A DNA stretch of 64,000 nucleotides from Camelus ferus (lineage: Eukaryota). Location of the stretch: contig NC_045696.1 of NCBI RefSeq assembly GCF_009834535.1, forward strand, positions 21,888,001 to 21,952,000, given 5' to 3'. Each line of letters starts with the position of its first letter. Within the stretch, counting starts at the first letter, position 1. A program made the position numbers and the translations under genes. Positions 1 through 14,699 of the stretch are shown here, piece by piece. Under the pieces are notes generated by a model, which was not told where the DNA came from, ran no database searches, and saw only the letters and a list, made by a program, of their open reading frames with translations.

Positions 1-1204
1 GCACTGAAAGCTGCTTTCTAATCAACAGTGTTACAGAAGCGTTCTATCTACTTCATCGAGTTACAAATTTCCCCTTAGCCCATAAAACGTATTTGTAGCA
101 AATAAAAATAGATATTTAACAAGATAAAGATTGCTTTTATAAGTTTTTGTTACTGCAGAGAAGAACTGAATTTAAATGAAATTAGTCATTTATCATTAAC
201 ATGCAAATAATTTATCTTCAAAAGCTTCAAAGTTATACTTTTTCCTTTAAAAAATAGTGTTTTGAACCTTTACAGTGTTAATGTGATTCTGAATTAGCCT
301 TTTTTCTTTAAAACTTTTTAATCTTGTCTCCTACAGAATTCCTCAGGATTTACCTTTTTCTAAATTTTCTTGCCCTGCCCCATTAAATTCAGTAATCCTA
401 TAGACAGAAAAGTCAAAATACATCATAGGCTGGAGAAAAAAAAAAAGTTACACTTTCTTCCTAACCTCAGAGAAGGAAGAGGTGGGGAGAAAATTATACA
501 TTTTAAACAATATAACCAGACGCATATATCTAAAATGTGCTTTCTAGAGAAATAGTTGTGAAAGCCTGCTGTGTGAGGGAACGTGCAAGTGAGCTCCCTG
601 CAGTCTATGCGTGAATGTAAACCACTTCAAGGTAAACACTTACTGAAGTTGCTTCATGTGATGGGGCCTAGAAATCATCGCAAGTGACACAGACACAGGT
701 TCAAAGTGAACCAACTTCCGTGTAAACGTGGCCTTAAGGTTAGCTGTGTATGTGAAATAAAGAGTGATAACTGGAACAAAGTTCATGAATTCTCCTAATA
801 GTGAAATGAAATTCTTCCCCTGCTTTACATTAATATATCATTCTTCACAGCATTTCAGTTCCTTAAGCTAAGAGGTTTACAGAAAAAAATGTCTATATGT
901 GATGCAATACAATATAATAATTATCAAATATGAAGAACTATCTCCTCAGGTATCAAATAAATCTGGTGTGATTCCTTTGACTATAAACAATCACATTAAT
1001 TGAAAATAAAATAAGCTATATGTAGAAACACACATACCTAGTTTCAGGCATCCTGTTCAGTCAGAGATAATATTATTAACAGATGTGATTTTATAAAAGG
1101 CTAGCCTAATTAATATTCATAAGAAAGTAATTTTTCATAAATTAGGACATTATCGTTTAAAAAAAAATCTTTAAGTTGCCTGAATATGCAAATAAATACG
1201 CTGA

Positions 1205-1447
1205 ATAACAGCAATAGCCGACTATTACATAGCATTTAATATGTTTCAGACACTATAGTAAGTGGTTTACGTATTTTAAATAATATTATCTCAAAACAAC
1301 CCTAGATCATAGGAGCTATTATTATTCCCACCTTATGGATAAACTGAGCTAAAGTAACTTACCAAAAGTCACACAGCTAATATCTGGAGAACCTATCATT
1401 CAAACTCAGGCCTTCTTGCTCCAGATGCATGCAATGCCCTTTACCAT
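1205..1447 (-). mobile_element. MIR SINE, degraded
   Basis: Reverse-orientation MIR core-like text (attattccccaccttatggataaactgag...aagtaacttaccaaaagtcacacagcta...ttcaaactcagg). Confidence 0.75.
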
Positions 1448-2432
1448 AAAACTTTTAAAACAATCCATTTGCAAATAGTATCTATTGACAGAAGTAGATA
1501 AAAGAATTCATCTATCTATATAAAAAGGACCACTAGCCGTAACAATTAAAACTATGAGACTTTTCTGTTACTTGTTATGCTGAAGATGTTAGACAAACGG
1601 ACATTGGAGAAACACTACATAGTGGAGAAAACTAAAAAAGATCAACTGACACAAACATTTCAGCTGAATATAGACAGGGCTTTAGCATCCTCCCTCTTGA
1701 CTGTTCAATATGTCTGCAGTAACTTACATGAGCTTAACCTGGAGAATGTGCTCCCAGCACTCAGTGCTGTGAAAAATATTACATGCATGTAACTATCAGT
1801 TCATTTATAAGGTGTTCTTCCCTAGGGTTTACTAGAAGTCAATCAAGTCTGGTCTCTGAAAGAGAACAAAAATATGAAATAGAAAAACAAGTAAATAATT
1901 AGAATAGCAGAATGGCTGAATTCTCTTGTTTCAGTGGAATGTTAACTACAGCTCAGTCACACTTCTCCTGTGCTGAAATCTATTTATACTGGATATCTAA
2001 AACCCCAGGAATTCCTATAGTTGAGGAACCCTAACGTAGAAGTACACAAAGCACTTAAATATTCTGCAACCATCAAATGCAAAGTAGATCCTGGTCAATC
2101 AGCCAGCTGTGTTTACCACATACCGATCTAGGCATTCAGCCAGCTAGCGTCTGCACATACTTGTCAGAAAATCGTGTAACACCTGATGATTCTCCTAGCA
2201 GATCTGCATACACATTTAATAAGAAAAGACCACTGAACACCAGACAACTCCAGATTCAGAAATCTGGCATATAGAAAATGGATGGTAGAAAGTCGAGAAG
2301 TAAGGGAAGGAAGTAGACGCACAGTGGCCTCACAGGATATCATGACCTACGTGGATTTACCAGGATCTGGAGTCTGATCTTCAATGTCTCAAGGCCAGTA
2401 ACTGGGACATAATACTGTACTCAGAAATAAGT

Positions 2433-2922
2433 GATAAAGAAGATGTGGTATATTTATACAATGGAATACTACTCAGCCATAAAAACCGACAACATAATGC
2501 CATTTGCAGCAACATGGATGCTCCTGGAGAATGTCATTCTAAGTGAAGTAAGCCAGAAAGAGAAAGAAAAATACCATATGAGATCGCTCATATGTGGAAT
2601 CTAAAAAACAAAAACAAAAACAAACAAACAAACAAAAACAAAGCATAAATAAAGGACAGAAATAGACTCACAGAGAATACAGACTTGTGGTTACCAGGGG
2701 GGTGGAGGGTGGGAAGGGATAGACTGGGATTTCAAAATTGTAGAATAGACTACACTGTATAGCACAGGGAAATATACACAAAATGTTATGATAATTCACA
2801 GAGAAAAAAATGTGACAATGAGTGTGTATATGTCCATGAATAACTGAAAAATTGTGTTGAACACTGGAATCTGACACAACATTGTAAAATGATTATAAAT
2901 CAATAAAAAATGTTAAAAAAAA
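2433..2922 (+). mobile_element. 5'-truncated LINE-1 3' end, same young family as the full-length copy
   Basis: Near-identical to 29802-30298 (ORF2 C-terminus, 3'UTR, caataaaaaatgttaaaaaaaa tail). Confidence 0.95.
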
Positions 2923-3869
2923 TTACTCTCGCTAAATTCTCACCAAGAAAAGATGTAAAATTAAGAATACCAATTTACTAATTTGTAGTGGAGGATATCT
3001 CTTCTAATGTCCATATTTCCTCCAATATTATTAGCCAAATAATTGGATCAGTAGGTTGATCAATGGCACAGATTTAAGGCAAAGCCCAAGGATTGACATG
3101 GTGAATATTTCACTGGAGCCATAATGAGGTCTAAAAATATATATCTGCCTACAGCAAAAAACACCTTGTTCATAAATGAACTGGGTCCCCCAAACGTCAT
3201 CTCTCTCTTCCTGGACAGTGCTTATTCTGAAAGTCAAAATTTGCTTCTCTTAAAGGACTTTCTCTGCACAAGCCAATCCATTTTCCCCTTAACTACATTT
3301 TTCTAAGTAGGTCTAGAGAATACAATTTCTATTCCCAATAGATTTGTGTTTTATTCTCAAAAAGCAAACATGTTTCTCCAAGTCCTTTGGAGGCATCTTC
3401 TCCACTATATGGTCAGGTTAAAATATAAGGTTGAAGAACTCAAGTTTTAAGCAAAGTCTAGGTCAATTCACAGTAAATCAATAATATCTTGGCAACCACC
3501 ACCCAAGTCCTCGTGTGGGCTATTCAAAGTCAATGCAGTTTCTTAAAATGCTTCTTTATTCTCATCCTCATTGTGTTTGTTTCTCTGGCTTATATTTCTC
3601 CTGCTGATCAAAAATATATGCGTTTTCCCCAACATCACATTACCATTTTCATTTTTCTTCCTACTGTTTCTCGCAGAGAATCTCCTTCAATTCTATTGCT
3701 ACCATACCCTGGAAGGTGACCTACAAATCTCTACCTCAAGTGCTAACTTCTCTCAACATTTCAAAATACCTAGATCACGTGGAGAGCACAACGGTTAAAC
3801 CTCCAACTTTCATCTCCAACGTAAATTCATCATCTTTCCACATTATTAAAGGACAGCAAGAATATGAAT

Positions 3870-4151
3870 TACAGTCTTCTCTTGGTATCTGCAGGGGGAT
3901 TGGTTATGGCACACACACAGTTACCAAACTCTGCATATACTCAAGCCTCTTAGTGAGCCTTCTATACCCTCTGGTTCCGCATCCACTTATTCAATCAACC
4001 TCCAATCCCATATGAAGTCTGCAAGCTGCAGTTGGTGGACTCTGTGAAGGCAGAACCCACAGATACAGAGGACTTTGTATTTTTTGGAAAACAAATCCAG
4101 GTATAGGTGGACCCGCATATTTCAAATCCCTGTTGTTCAAGGGTCAAATGT
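3870..4151. mobile_element. TcMar-Tigger-type non-autonomous DNA transposon (MER2/MER8-like)
   Basis: Starts tacagtc...ggtatctgcagggggattggtt and ends ttgttcaagggtcaaatgt, resembling Tigger MITE termini; internal inverted repeat (ggttccgcatccac / gtggactctgtgaaggcagaacc). Confidence 0.7.
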
Positions 4152-7066
4152 TTTTGTACTATCTAAGCAGATTCCTACCTGGTCCCATTTGCTTGCTCTA
4201 TTTTTTCTCCTTTCCCTGTACTTGGGAATTTTCAGATCCCGGAACAAGCAATGAGCCACTGTGGGAAGAGCCTCAAAGTAATATTCAGCTTTCATGCTTC
4301 ACAGCTTCCCCCCCACCTGTATGGAATGGGTCTACAAGGGCTCTTCATATAATTGTACAAGCCATCAGGGAAAGGAATTATTCACGAGCCACTGGCAAAG
4401 TCAAACAGTAAACAATGGTTCATTAGAAAGGTTATTTTGCCACTTATAAAATTAAAAGCATATAGACAGGGCAGCAGTCCTGAGTTTACCACTGTCCCCT
4501 CTGTAAATACTACAGACTTAAACTTTGAGGATTATCAAGTTTACACTCCCATTTTGTAAGAAAGTAATTGAGGTTTAAAGAGGTTAAATAAATTGTCCAA
4601 AAGTCAAGGAGATAATTATCCACGCCTTCAAATTTTTTTTCAATTCCTTTTTAGTCTCTCCATTTACCCTCAAATCCTAGAAGAGTGTTCTGAGAGAGTG
4701 GACTCCAGAAAGATTCTCATTTCCTAGAAATCTAGCCATTGATATTAAATTGTCTCGGAAGTCAGGGAAAAGGGAGACAGTTACTAACATTCTGTTTCTG
4801 GGAGTTTAAGTAGCAGAATATGGAACAGTGCAATGAGATAAAGAGCAGGGAAGAGATTGGGACAAATAATTCAATTAGATAACAGAGCCATTTTTAGCAC
4901 TATAATCCATGTGATAGTTCCTCATTTTCCCCAAGTATTTAGAGACATTAAACATTAGTATAGTCTCCCAGCCCCATCCCCACCTTTTTTCCTATCAATT
5001 CCTGACATTCAAGTATAGTATTCTTTAAAAAGTTAGGTAATAAATATTATTAATAGAAAACACCGCATAGTATACACGGCAAACATTAAATGTATAGCCT
5101 GGAGTATACGTTGGAGTTTCTTAGATGTTTTTAGCTGTAAAACACGTTGCTGTTATTTGTAACCACTGATGTTTTCTTTCGTTTTCTAAACAGGCTTATA
5201 AAACCTCAGGGTACCAGAATGCAATTCCCAATTTCCCCAGGATTCCATTGCACACAGTGAATCCTGGATGCAGCCAAGAGGTCATGGTCATTGGCTCAGG
5301 TTCTGCTCCCAGATAACCTGGGCTGTGAACCTTCATGTCTCAAATTCCAATAATAAATTTTATACCACATACCTCCATAACACCACCCCAAAGCAGCGGA
5401 ACTGTATCACTTTCATTGTTAGTTGCCATTTGTTTTCTCATTTTATTTTCTTTTTTTTTTTTTTTTTTTTTTGAGAGGAATAGAATCAATTTCACTTCCT
5501 ATAGGTTCTCCATAGGCCCTTTACCTACTCAGTCAGTCCTCCATTGATGACCTTCTTTGTATCCTATCCCACTATCACAGACTTATTACACTTTCAGTTC
5601 CCAGAGAGAATAAAAATTCCTACCTACACTATTAAACATCAGATTCAACCATGTTTATGTAAGAGACAACTGTCACATCACTGTTGCAGACATAGTTTTG
5701 GGTATGAACACACACATATACACAGACTCACATATTTACTCATAGGTTTGTATACATACACATACACACACACACACACATCAGCCTGGTTGTAGCATTA
5801 TTATCTTCCATGAAATAACATTAAAGGGAATAAACAACCACAAAAACTATTTGTTAGCTTTTTCATTTCTCGTGCAACTTCACTGCAGTCTATCCATGCC
5901 TGTCTCTGCAGTTGAGAGCCCTGCTCAAAGAAATGAGGCATCAGCTCCTATTTGATATATTCCTAGGTCTTGGCTGAGAGTCTTTCATCAGAGATGAACT
6001 GCGCCTAATGCAATGACCAGAATTAAAGCAGCTCAGAGAACGCACCTCCCTGCCAAGAAACCCTGCCGTATTGTGCTCTTGTTCACTTGCTATTCCAGCA
6101 AGTATGTAACTAGTACTAATAAGTCACTGGCTGCAGTTCCAGAAAGAGCAGCAGGAACAAAAATGCTGACCTCGGTACATTTGTCCTCACTTTACAATCC
6201 ATGAAATTCTCACTGATTGATCTACAAGGCAATGCATCCATCCATTCCATTACCGTTCCCTCCAAGAGCCTTTTAGGAACTTGCAAAAATCAATGTAATT
6301 CTGTAAACAAAATGAATCCCCATCAATATGACTATAAATGTGATAACAGAAAAAGTTGTCATATTTTAACTTACCAAAAACACGGGTAGAGCAATTCTAA
6401 CATGATGATCCAATTTTATTTCAGGAAAATAATGTAATTATTATGAAAATAATAAGGTGTTACATTAATTAAAGTGTATTTAAAGTTTTTTAAGGTTCCA
6501 TATTTTAAGTTTAAGATGACTCAAAACACTTCCTTAATTTGGACCTATATGTAATTAAATTCTAAACATACATACAGATATGAAATAAATTAAATAAACG
6601 GGTATTTTTCAGTGGAAAATAGAATGAGGGACACTTCTTTCAATTGCTTATAATTCTGTAACTATTATATAAAACAAAAAGATGATTAAGAATATAAATT
6701 ATTTTACATATAGGGAAATAATCTCTTTTAAAGATGAAGCTTTGTAACAAAATGCTTTTTCATAAGAAAGGCAAAATGAGCCTGACAATACATCTTTCAA
6801 TTTGTGTTTAAGTTTTCAGACAAAATGATTTTTCTTAGAATTTTTCTACTAAATCCCCATAGACAAATTGAGTTTTTGAGATTTTTGTTTAGCAAGGAAA
6901 TGTTCTTAATGTAGATAAACATAAAAGTATACACTGTGTATCTTCATACACGTGTGCATAATAGAGCTAGATGTCCTTACACACACACTCATAGTGTTAA
7001 AGAAATGACTACCTGAATGAACCATTTCTCCTAGAAAGACCAGCACTTCCAGGTAGATAAGAAAGG

Positions 7067-7068
<2 letters not shown>

Positions 7069-7102
<34 letters not shown>
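7069..7102. repeat. (CA)17 microsatellite
   Basis: Read directly. Confidence 0.95.
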
Positions 7103-7104
<2 letters not shown>

Positions 7105-7997
7105 CTATATATTATCTATATATATTATTACTATCATTTTTTAATCAAATGTGCTTACAAATTCCAGGTGAACTCAGCATTTATTTCAGAGGTGGATGAC
7201 AACTCTATACTGGAAGGTTATTAATGGACCATTGTAGATTTACAAAGTCAGTCCTAGCACCTGGTGCACAATGAAGGTTGAAAGTAAAACTGCCTGGCAG
7301 AATAAAGATTGTGGGGCTTGAGAAAGGTTACTTAGAGAAGTTAGGGAGAAAGATCTTGAGAACTGGGGTGGATTACTCGAGAAAGGCGCCTGCTGAAAAT
7401 GCTCTAGGTACAGAGACATGAGAAAATATAAGATATTTAACATATTCAGGCTGAAATCATTGGTGTATTGTAATTCTCATCCATTATTCTGAATCTTTTC
7501 ATTTTAAAAATGCTAATAATGATAGCTATTTCTGGTTGATTTCTTTGTAGAAGGGGCATAATAAAGAAAACCTGATGGAGAGAAAAGAACAACTACAGAA
7601 GCAATTGACAGATAAATAAGAATAGAGTAGGAGAAGGAACTCAGAGTTAAAGGTGTTTGGACAACATAAACTCCTTGAAAATTCTCAGATATAGTGACGA
7701 GAGCACTGTTTCACTCTGTACATGGGCGGTGGATTTAAGCTATTTTAAGGAGATGTTAGAGGAAGATTTGGGGCTACTCCGGATACCCACAACATCTGTC
7801 ATTCACCTTTAGTATTAGAGATAGCAAGCACAAAACATTGCTGATAAAAACTGATAATTTAGTGTGATACAAACGTGAAATGAGATGAGCAAAAAATAGT
7901 CTTTTTTTCTGTATCTCATAGTAAGTGGCATTTGAATTCAAATTAAGCACATCTAATTGGGTTAGTTATCACACTGAAAGAGATTAAAAAACACACT

Positions 7998-8366
7998 TGT
8001 CTTAACTCTGGCTGCTGTAGCAAAATACTATAAACTGGGTGGTTTAAACAACAGACACTTATCGCTCACATTTCTGGAGGCTGGAAAGCTCGAGACTAGG
8101 GTACCAGAAGGTCTGGTGCTGGTGAGGGCTTTCTTCCTGGCTTCTAGATGTCTGTCTACTTGCTGTGTCCTCACATGGCAGAGAGAGAGGAAGCAAGCTC
8201 TCTGGTGTCTCTTCTTATAAAGACGTTAATCCCACCACAAGGGCTCCACTAACAGGAACTCATCTAAACCTAACAACCTCTCAACGGCTCCACCTACAAA
8301 TACCATCTCACTGGGGACTAGGGCTTCAACATAGAATTGAGGGAAGACAAAATTTAGTCAATAGCA
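7998..8366 (-). mobile_element. MaLR solo LTR (MLT1A-C-like)
   Basis: ggctgctgtagcaaaatactataaactgggtggtttaaacaacaga...tctggaggctggaa is the typical antisense MLT1 pattern. Confidence 0.85.
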
Positions 8367-10095
8367 GTGCCCCTAACAATTTAGACAAGAGCTACTTGTA
8401 CATTTTATATATATATATTTTTTTACACACACATATATACATACATATATAAATGTTTATACATATAGGAACATATATGTGTGTGTGTGTGTGTGTAACT
8501 TTTTTATTGAGGGTATCTGCCTCTCTGTAAACTTCCTCTGTAAATAGTCTATTTGACACAGCTACACTTTGCACACTTTCTGCCCCAGCATATATCAGCC
8601 CCACCACCACCACACACACACACACACACACACTTGAACACCAACATAGGATAAGCTACTAAGTGAAAATGCAACTTGTAACAAAATGATTGTTTCCCTG
8701 GGGAAAGTCTCAAGGTCCAGATGGAACATTCAGGGGTGGATTCTTTTAGGGTAGTGATTAGCATTCATCTAAGAGACAATGCTCCCCATCCCTAGGATGT
8801 GTGGGACATGGGAAGTGTTTTGAAAGAGGATACAGTGAACTTAGACAGCATACAAGTCCTTTCTGAGTCAGCTTTATAATGGTGCTCAACAATTTTGAAT
8901 TAAACATTGACACTTCCCAGAAAATCAAGGATAATTACTCAGTAAGAATAGAAGTGAATTTTAATTCCAAATCAAAATATTTTAATCTTGTGCATTTCAT
9001 TCCTCTTCTTCCATAATGTTGGAGAATCAAGAGTTGACTCTATTTGTGTAAGTAAAGCTAACATACACAGAAAATATGCTTTAAGGCAGGGATGGAATTT
9101 TAGAAACTCTCATTCACCCATTAATTCATTCAGCAAATACTTACTGAATGCCTACCATGTCTTGAGTAGCACACCAGGCACAAGGAAGACAAAAATGAAT
9201 GAAGCATACCTGTTCTCAAACACTGTCTGATCCTAGGTTAGTGAGAGAAAACCCACTCCAACAGAGCAGCACTATGTACTGTGACAGAGGGAGGCTGGAC
9301 TGCTGTGACCTCTCAGGAAAGGCTGCAAGTGAGAAAAGACTTCCAAGAATGAAAACCTTGACGTCAGAGAAGGAACCGGCTAGATGACGGAGTAGGAGAC
9401 AAATGGAGAGGATTCAGTAGGAACATGACAGTCTATGCATTGGAGATGGAAGAAGATAACTGGGTGGAGTGCTGGGGTCACTCCTTGCTTCCACAAAAGC
9501 AACTTTGCTTTTGTTTCTTCTTTTGAGTTTCATCTCATGTTGTATTTCAGTGATTTCTCATGAAAATAGAAAGGATCAAGGGCTTATGATAAGGAACTGT
9601 TAGGAGCTTGAAATACTGGAACTGGGAGGGCATGTGTGAAAATGGTAGAAAATTACATCAACAGGATTAGCAAAGAACAATTTGTAAACTTGATTAAATG
9701 AGAACCTAAGTACAACGGGATAAAATGGAACGTTCCTCTTATATAAGGACAAAAGACTCTAATCAGAACTGATACCACCACACTCCAATAGAAAAAAGAG
9801 AGAGAAAGAATCATTTACTTACATTAAGTATGATTTCTCTTATAATACAAGCATTGCTTGGATTGGTCAAGAAAAAGTAAAATTCTTTGTATTCACAATA
9901 ATGATAAAATCTATTTTTCAAACAGAACAAGATCAAAGCCAGGCTCCTAAGGAAAAAAAAAAACCACATTTTTCCTAATTTGATTTTTTTTCCATAAAAA
10001 CTTTTGCCTTGATGCATTATATTTACATCTTAGGTTACCTGATAAAGACTCACACCCTCCAGTGGCAGAACTGAAATTAATACAACTTCCCATCT

Positions 10096-10463
10096 CTTAT
10101 AGATTGAATGTTTGTGTCTCCCCCAAATTCTTGTGTTGAAATCCTACCCCACAGTGTGATGGTGTTAGGAGATGGGGTCTTTGGGAGGAGATTCGGTCAC
10201 TAGGGCACAGCCTCACAAATGTGATTAGTGCTGTTACGAAAGAGATTCCAGAGAGCTGCCTTGCCACTTCTGACATGTGAGGACAGAGCAACAAGACAGC
10301 CATCTATGAACCAGGACACTGGCCTTCACCATGTACTCAATCTGCTGGTGCTTTGATCTTCGGCTTCCCAGCCTCCAGAGCGGTGAGAAATACATTTCTG
10401 TTGTTTTATAAATAAGCCATCCTCCTTAAAGTATCCTTACAGCAGCCTGAAAGGACTAACACA
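10096..10463 (+). mobile_element. MaLR solo LTR (MLT1A-like)
   Basis: ttgaatgtttgtgtctcccccaaattc...cttcccagcctccaga...gtgagaaatacatttctgttgtt...gactaacaca. Confidence 0.85.
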
Positions 10464-11384
10464 CTGTCTTAGACTCCCTTAGACTCCTCATGGCTTAGTC
10501 AGAAGAAAGATCCATTAGTATTGGGCTGAATCTTAAAGTGTCATCCAAGTTTCCAGGACTTAAGGTGGAGTCTCCTCCTCTTGTAAGAGAGGTGAAGCAC
10601 CGTGAGGGAGGGAATAAGAGCCCCAGCATGATGGATCTAAATGGATAGCTGATGAGGGAAGGAAAGGTAAAAGGAACTATTGGCTTTAGTCTGAAAAGAT
10701 TTTCACTTTCATAAAACAGAAGACTACTAAGTCTATACCATGTCTATATTTGTTCCTCAGCTCATGTACTGACATTCTGAGAGCAATGTGGCCCTTCGGT
10801 TCCGAGATCTGCATTATCTATATTGTAGTCCAGTGTGCTTACTCTGAAGGAAATGAGAAAGGCAAGATGGCCTAAGGAAGTGATGATAAACTTAGAGGTA
10901 CAACTGCAGAAGTGGGTGTCAGCCTCACCAAACCACCTCCACCCTTCACTGGGTAGATTATAAAGTGAAGTTACCCCTGTTTATCAATAGTATCCAAGAG
11001 ATCCATAAGATGACAGTGGAAGAAGAGATCATCTAAGTATAAAAACAGCAACATCAGGAAAAGAAACACATGCATATCTAGATTACAAAAGAATGGTAAC
11101 CTCATCATGAAGGTGCTAAAGAACCAGTGAAAGATTTATGAAGAAGAATATGTATATATATAATGTATGGTATCTGTATGTATATTTCCCTGTGTGAAAA
11201 TTCAATTGTTTATCCAAAGCTGACACATTAGCACTTTCAACATTCTAATTTATTGTTACATTAAATAAATACAAATTGTAATGCATACTAAAGTTCTAAG
11301 AATAGATTTACACTGGAATGACTCAACTTGTGAATGACTCAAATAAAAAGCAACAAATGTTGCAACTTCATTATTTTCAGATAT

Positions 11385-11720
11385 TGTTATGGACTGAACG
11401 TCAGTATCCTCCCAAAATTCATAGATTGAAGCCCTAGCCCTCAATGTGTTGGTATTTAGAGATGAGACCTTAGGAGGTACTCAGGTCAGCAGGGCAGGGC
11501 CTTGGTCTGATGACATTAGTGCCCTTACAAGAAGAGACACCAGAGAGCTGACCCCAGCACACGAGCACACACCGAGAAATATGTGAGCCACCACCAGAAC
11601 GTGACCAGGCAGGCCCCTGATCTCAGATCTCAGCATCCAAAACTGTGAGAAAATAAATTTTTACAATGTAAGTCACTCTGTCTATGATATTTTGTTACGG
11701 CAGCCCTTGCTGACCAAGAT
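11385..11720 (+). mobile_element. MaLR solo LTR (MLT1-like)
   Basis: tgttatggactgaa...cccaaaattcata...aactgtgagaaaataaattt...ttgttacggcagccc. Confidence 0.8.
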
Positions 11721-12324
11721 TTGCTAACAAAATGAATAGGAGTACAAACAAGGAAGACCAAACACAACAACAAAAAACCTTTCAAAGTGTTTCAATATTT
11801 GAAAGAATTCAGTAAGTATGTAAATAGTTGGGACAAATAACACTCTTCTTTGGGAACCACGCCATCTCTACCTGTCCCTAATAATGTGAAAAGCATTTGC
11901 CAAACTGGAGTGTGTAGATAACATCATAAATCTTTTTTACAATTCGATCTTGTGCTTCTCTCAGCTAATTTAAAGAATAGATTTTTTTCAAACAGATTGG
12001 TTAATGCCTGTTACTATGGCCAAGCTAGTGTGGCTCCTCATGCTACACACCGTTGAGTATTGAATGAATGGATGAATCCATTTTTACCTGAAGGTAGACT
12101 GAGTCCCCAGGAAGCAGTCTTGTCACCCCTCAGCTGCAAGACTGACTTTCTAAAATGCTTTTTATCACATAGATCTACTCTATAGCCTATTTAAAGTATA
12201 GAAACACCTCAGGCTGTTATAATGTCCATTTTACTAGTTAAGCTGCTTCAGTTATGCACAAAGATGGAGAGAAGACGGGATGTCTTGCCAGTGACCTGTG
12301 TGGATGACAGTGAGCAATAGGAAT

Positions 12325-12500
12325 AATAAAAAAAATGGTAACTAACATTTATTGAGCACTCCCTATGTGCCAGACATGGTATTAAAAATTTTATAATAAT
12401 TATCTAACTTAATTGTTAAAATAACCCTCAAACAAAGATACTTTTATTATTTTCATTTTACAAATGAGGAAGTTGAAGTTAAAAGAACTTAAGTAAATAT
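12325..12500 (-). mobile_element. MIR fragment
   Basis: taacatttattgagcactccctatgtgccagac...cattttacaaatgaggaa. Confidence 0.7.
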
Positions 12501-13595
12501 TTGGGTTATTTACTACCCATCATGGACATGATCACATAAAAAAGAAACCATAGCTGGAAAAAAAATACAGATTAAGACACAGATACCAATTTGCTCTCTA
12601 TTCCATCTCCTTGCTGCAGTGAAAATCTGTGTGTAGAAAGAAAACTCCTTGGCTTTCCAAATTATGTTTAGTTAAAAAGATCTCTGCCATAGAAATGCAG
12701 GGTCTATTTGTATCACACACACACACGCACGTGCACACACACACACAATGCTAGAATTTCATTTATTACCCAACATGATGTATATATATTTTTGCTTTGC
12801 AACTGCCAGGCATTCATCAGTCACATTCCAGGAACATCACACCATTTCAGTATTATCAGAAATGTATCCAAATATGATTTCCCCAAAGATAAGTGGCCCA
12901 TAGGGAGAGTTTGATGAATGTCCTGCTGCAGAGGATTTTTAATGGATTTTTACTTCTGCCGAAGTTACTTTATTTGAGGCTCTGTTGAAGGTAAGGCAAT
13001 GCCAGATGAACTGTTAGGGTCCTTTCCAAGTCTCAAGCTCTATTACAGAGATGCTAATATTCTAAAGAACTCAAAAACCTTCACCATCTATTATATCTAT
13101 TATTCAAATTCATGGAATTTCCTCTGGTGCTGTTGCATAACATTTTCTTTTTTCATACATTAAATTATTCAATTCACTTCCGTTTTTCTCTAACCCCCCT
13201 ACCCCTTCTCATACCATGCATTCTGAATATATGCTGCCAGAAGGAATAACTCCTGCAAATTAATAAGGCTTGTCACAGAAAATGTCAATTTAGTATTGGA
13301 ATAACAGAACAATAAAACAAAAGCAATTTCATAAAGTAATGGTGCATGTCTAAAAATAAAAATCTGTTCTTTGTCAAGATTTTGGTGAGTTTTAATAAGA
13401 GACTTAATTTTATTAAAATAAAAATTATTTTTATTAGTATGTTTTATGAGCTAGAATTTTATTAAAATAAACCCAGTGTTGTTTTCTCTTTTTTTCATTC
13501 CTTATGCTGTGCAATATACAGCAATCAACACTAGAGAAAATCCAGTAAGATATAAAGCAAATTTGTTTAATAAATATATTTCGAATATCTTCATT

Positions 13596-13627
<32 letters not shown>

Positions 13628-14057
13628 GTCGTGTGGCTAAATTTGGCACCACATGGAAGAGGTAAATGATGTAAAACTATTAAACAGGGCCTAAATTATT
13701 TATATTAAGAATAAATGCATCCCAATTCACATTTAGAAGGCTAGAAGTATTACACAGTTTTATAAGTCTACAATGATTTCCATAGCATTGTCCTTACTAA
13801 GGATGAAAACATTAAAATAATTTTACAAATAAGAGTTATGAAAATGTTATCATATATGTATACAAGTACATATATATGTACATATGTGTGTGTGTGTGTG
13901 TGTGTATATAAGAGGTGATATGTGGAAATATATTTTGCTACATATGTGCACATATAATTGATCCTCTTAGGAGATACTGCAGTCCTAGTACCTTATCCCC
14001 TGCTAAAATAGTATCCAATTATACTTAGTATGTTAATTGTTTTTTAAAAAAAGTAAA

Positions 14058-14490
14058 AAACAACCTAATGTCTACCAATTGGTAACAGGTAAACAAAATG
14101 TGGTCTATTTATACAATGGGATACTGTTCAGCCATCAAAAGGAATGAAGCACTAATGGATGAACACACCCGTTGATGAATCCTGAAAATACTATGCTAAG
14201 CGAAAGAAGTCAAGCACAAAAAGCTACTTTATGTATGATTACATTTATAAGAATGTGCAGAATAGGCAAATCCAGAGAAATAGAAAGTACATTAGAGTTT
14301 GCCAGGGGCTGGGAAGGGGAGATAGGGACTGACAGCTAATGAGTAAAGGTTTTCTTTCGGGAATGATGAAAATGTGCTGGAATTAGATAGTGGTGGTGGT
14401 TGCTCAAGTTTGTAAAAATGTTGAAAAACACAACTATCCACTTTAAAAGAGTGAATTTTATGCCATGTGGGTTATATCTCAAATTGTAAA
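14058..14490 (+). mobile_element. old L1M (L1MB-like) 3' end
   Basis: acaaaatgtggtctatttatacaatggg...aggcaaatccagagaaatagaaagta...gatgaaaatgtgctggaattagatagtgg. Confidence 0.8.
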
Positions 14491-14699
14491 AGTATTTAAA
14501 GCTCAAATGATCACACCAGTGCTCTATTAGTACAATCTTGAAGGAACAATAAACCAGATTCTAACACTATTTGTAAAGACATAACATATCATAAAGGAAG
14601 TATGTGTGTTTGTAAGAGTATGTGTGATCATAAGGAAATACATAGAAATGTTAATAAGCATTGTGTCTGGGTGGTGGACTTGTGGGTGAATTTTCTTTT

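Noticed and set aside
1..900. 3' end of a gene (AATAAA at ~101, scattered CpGs)
   Set aside because: AATAAA is frequent in AT-rich DNA and there is no exon evidence.
5451..5472. T22 tract as a solo retro-tail
   Set aside because: No TSD or adjacent element body visible.
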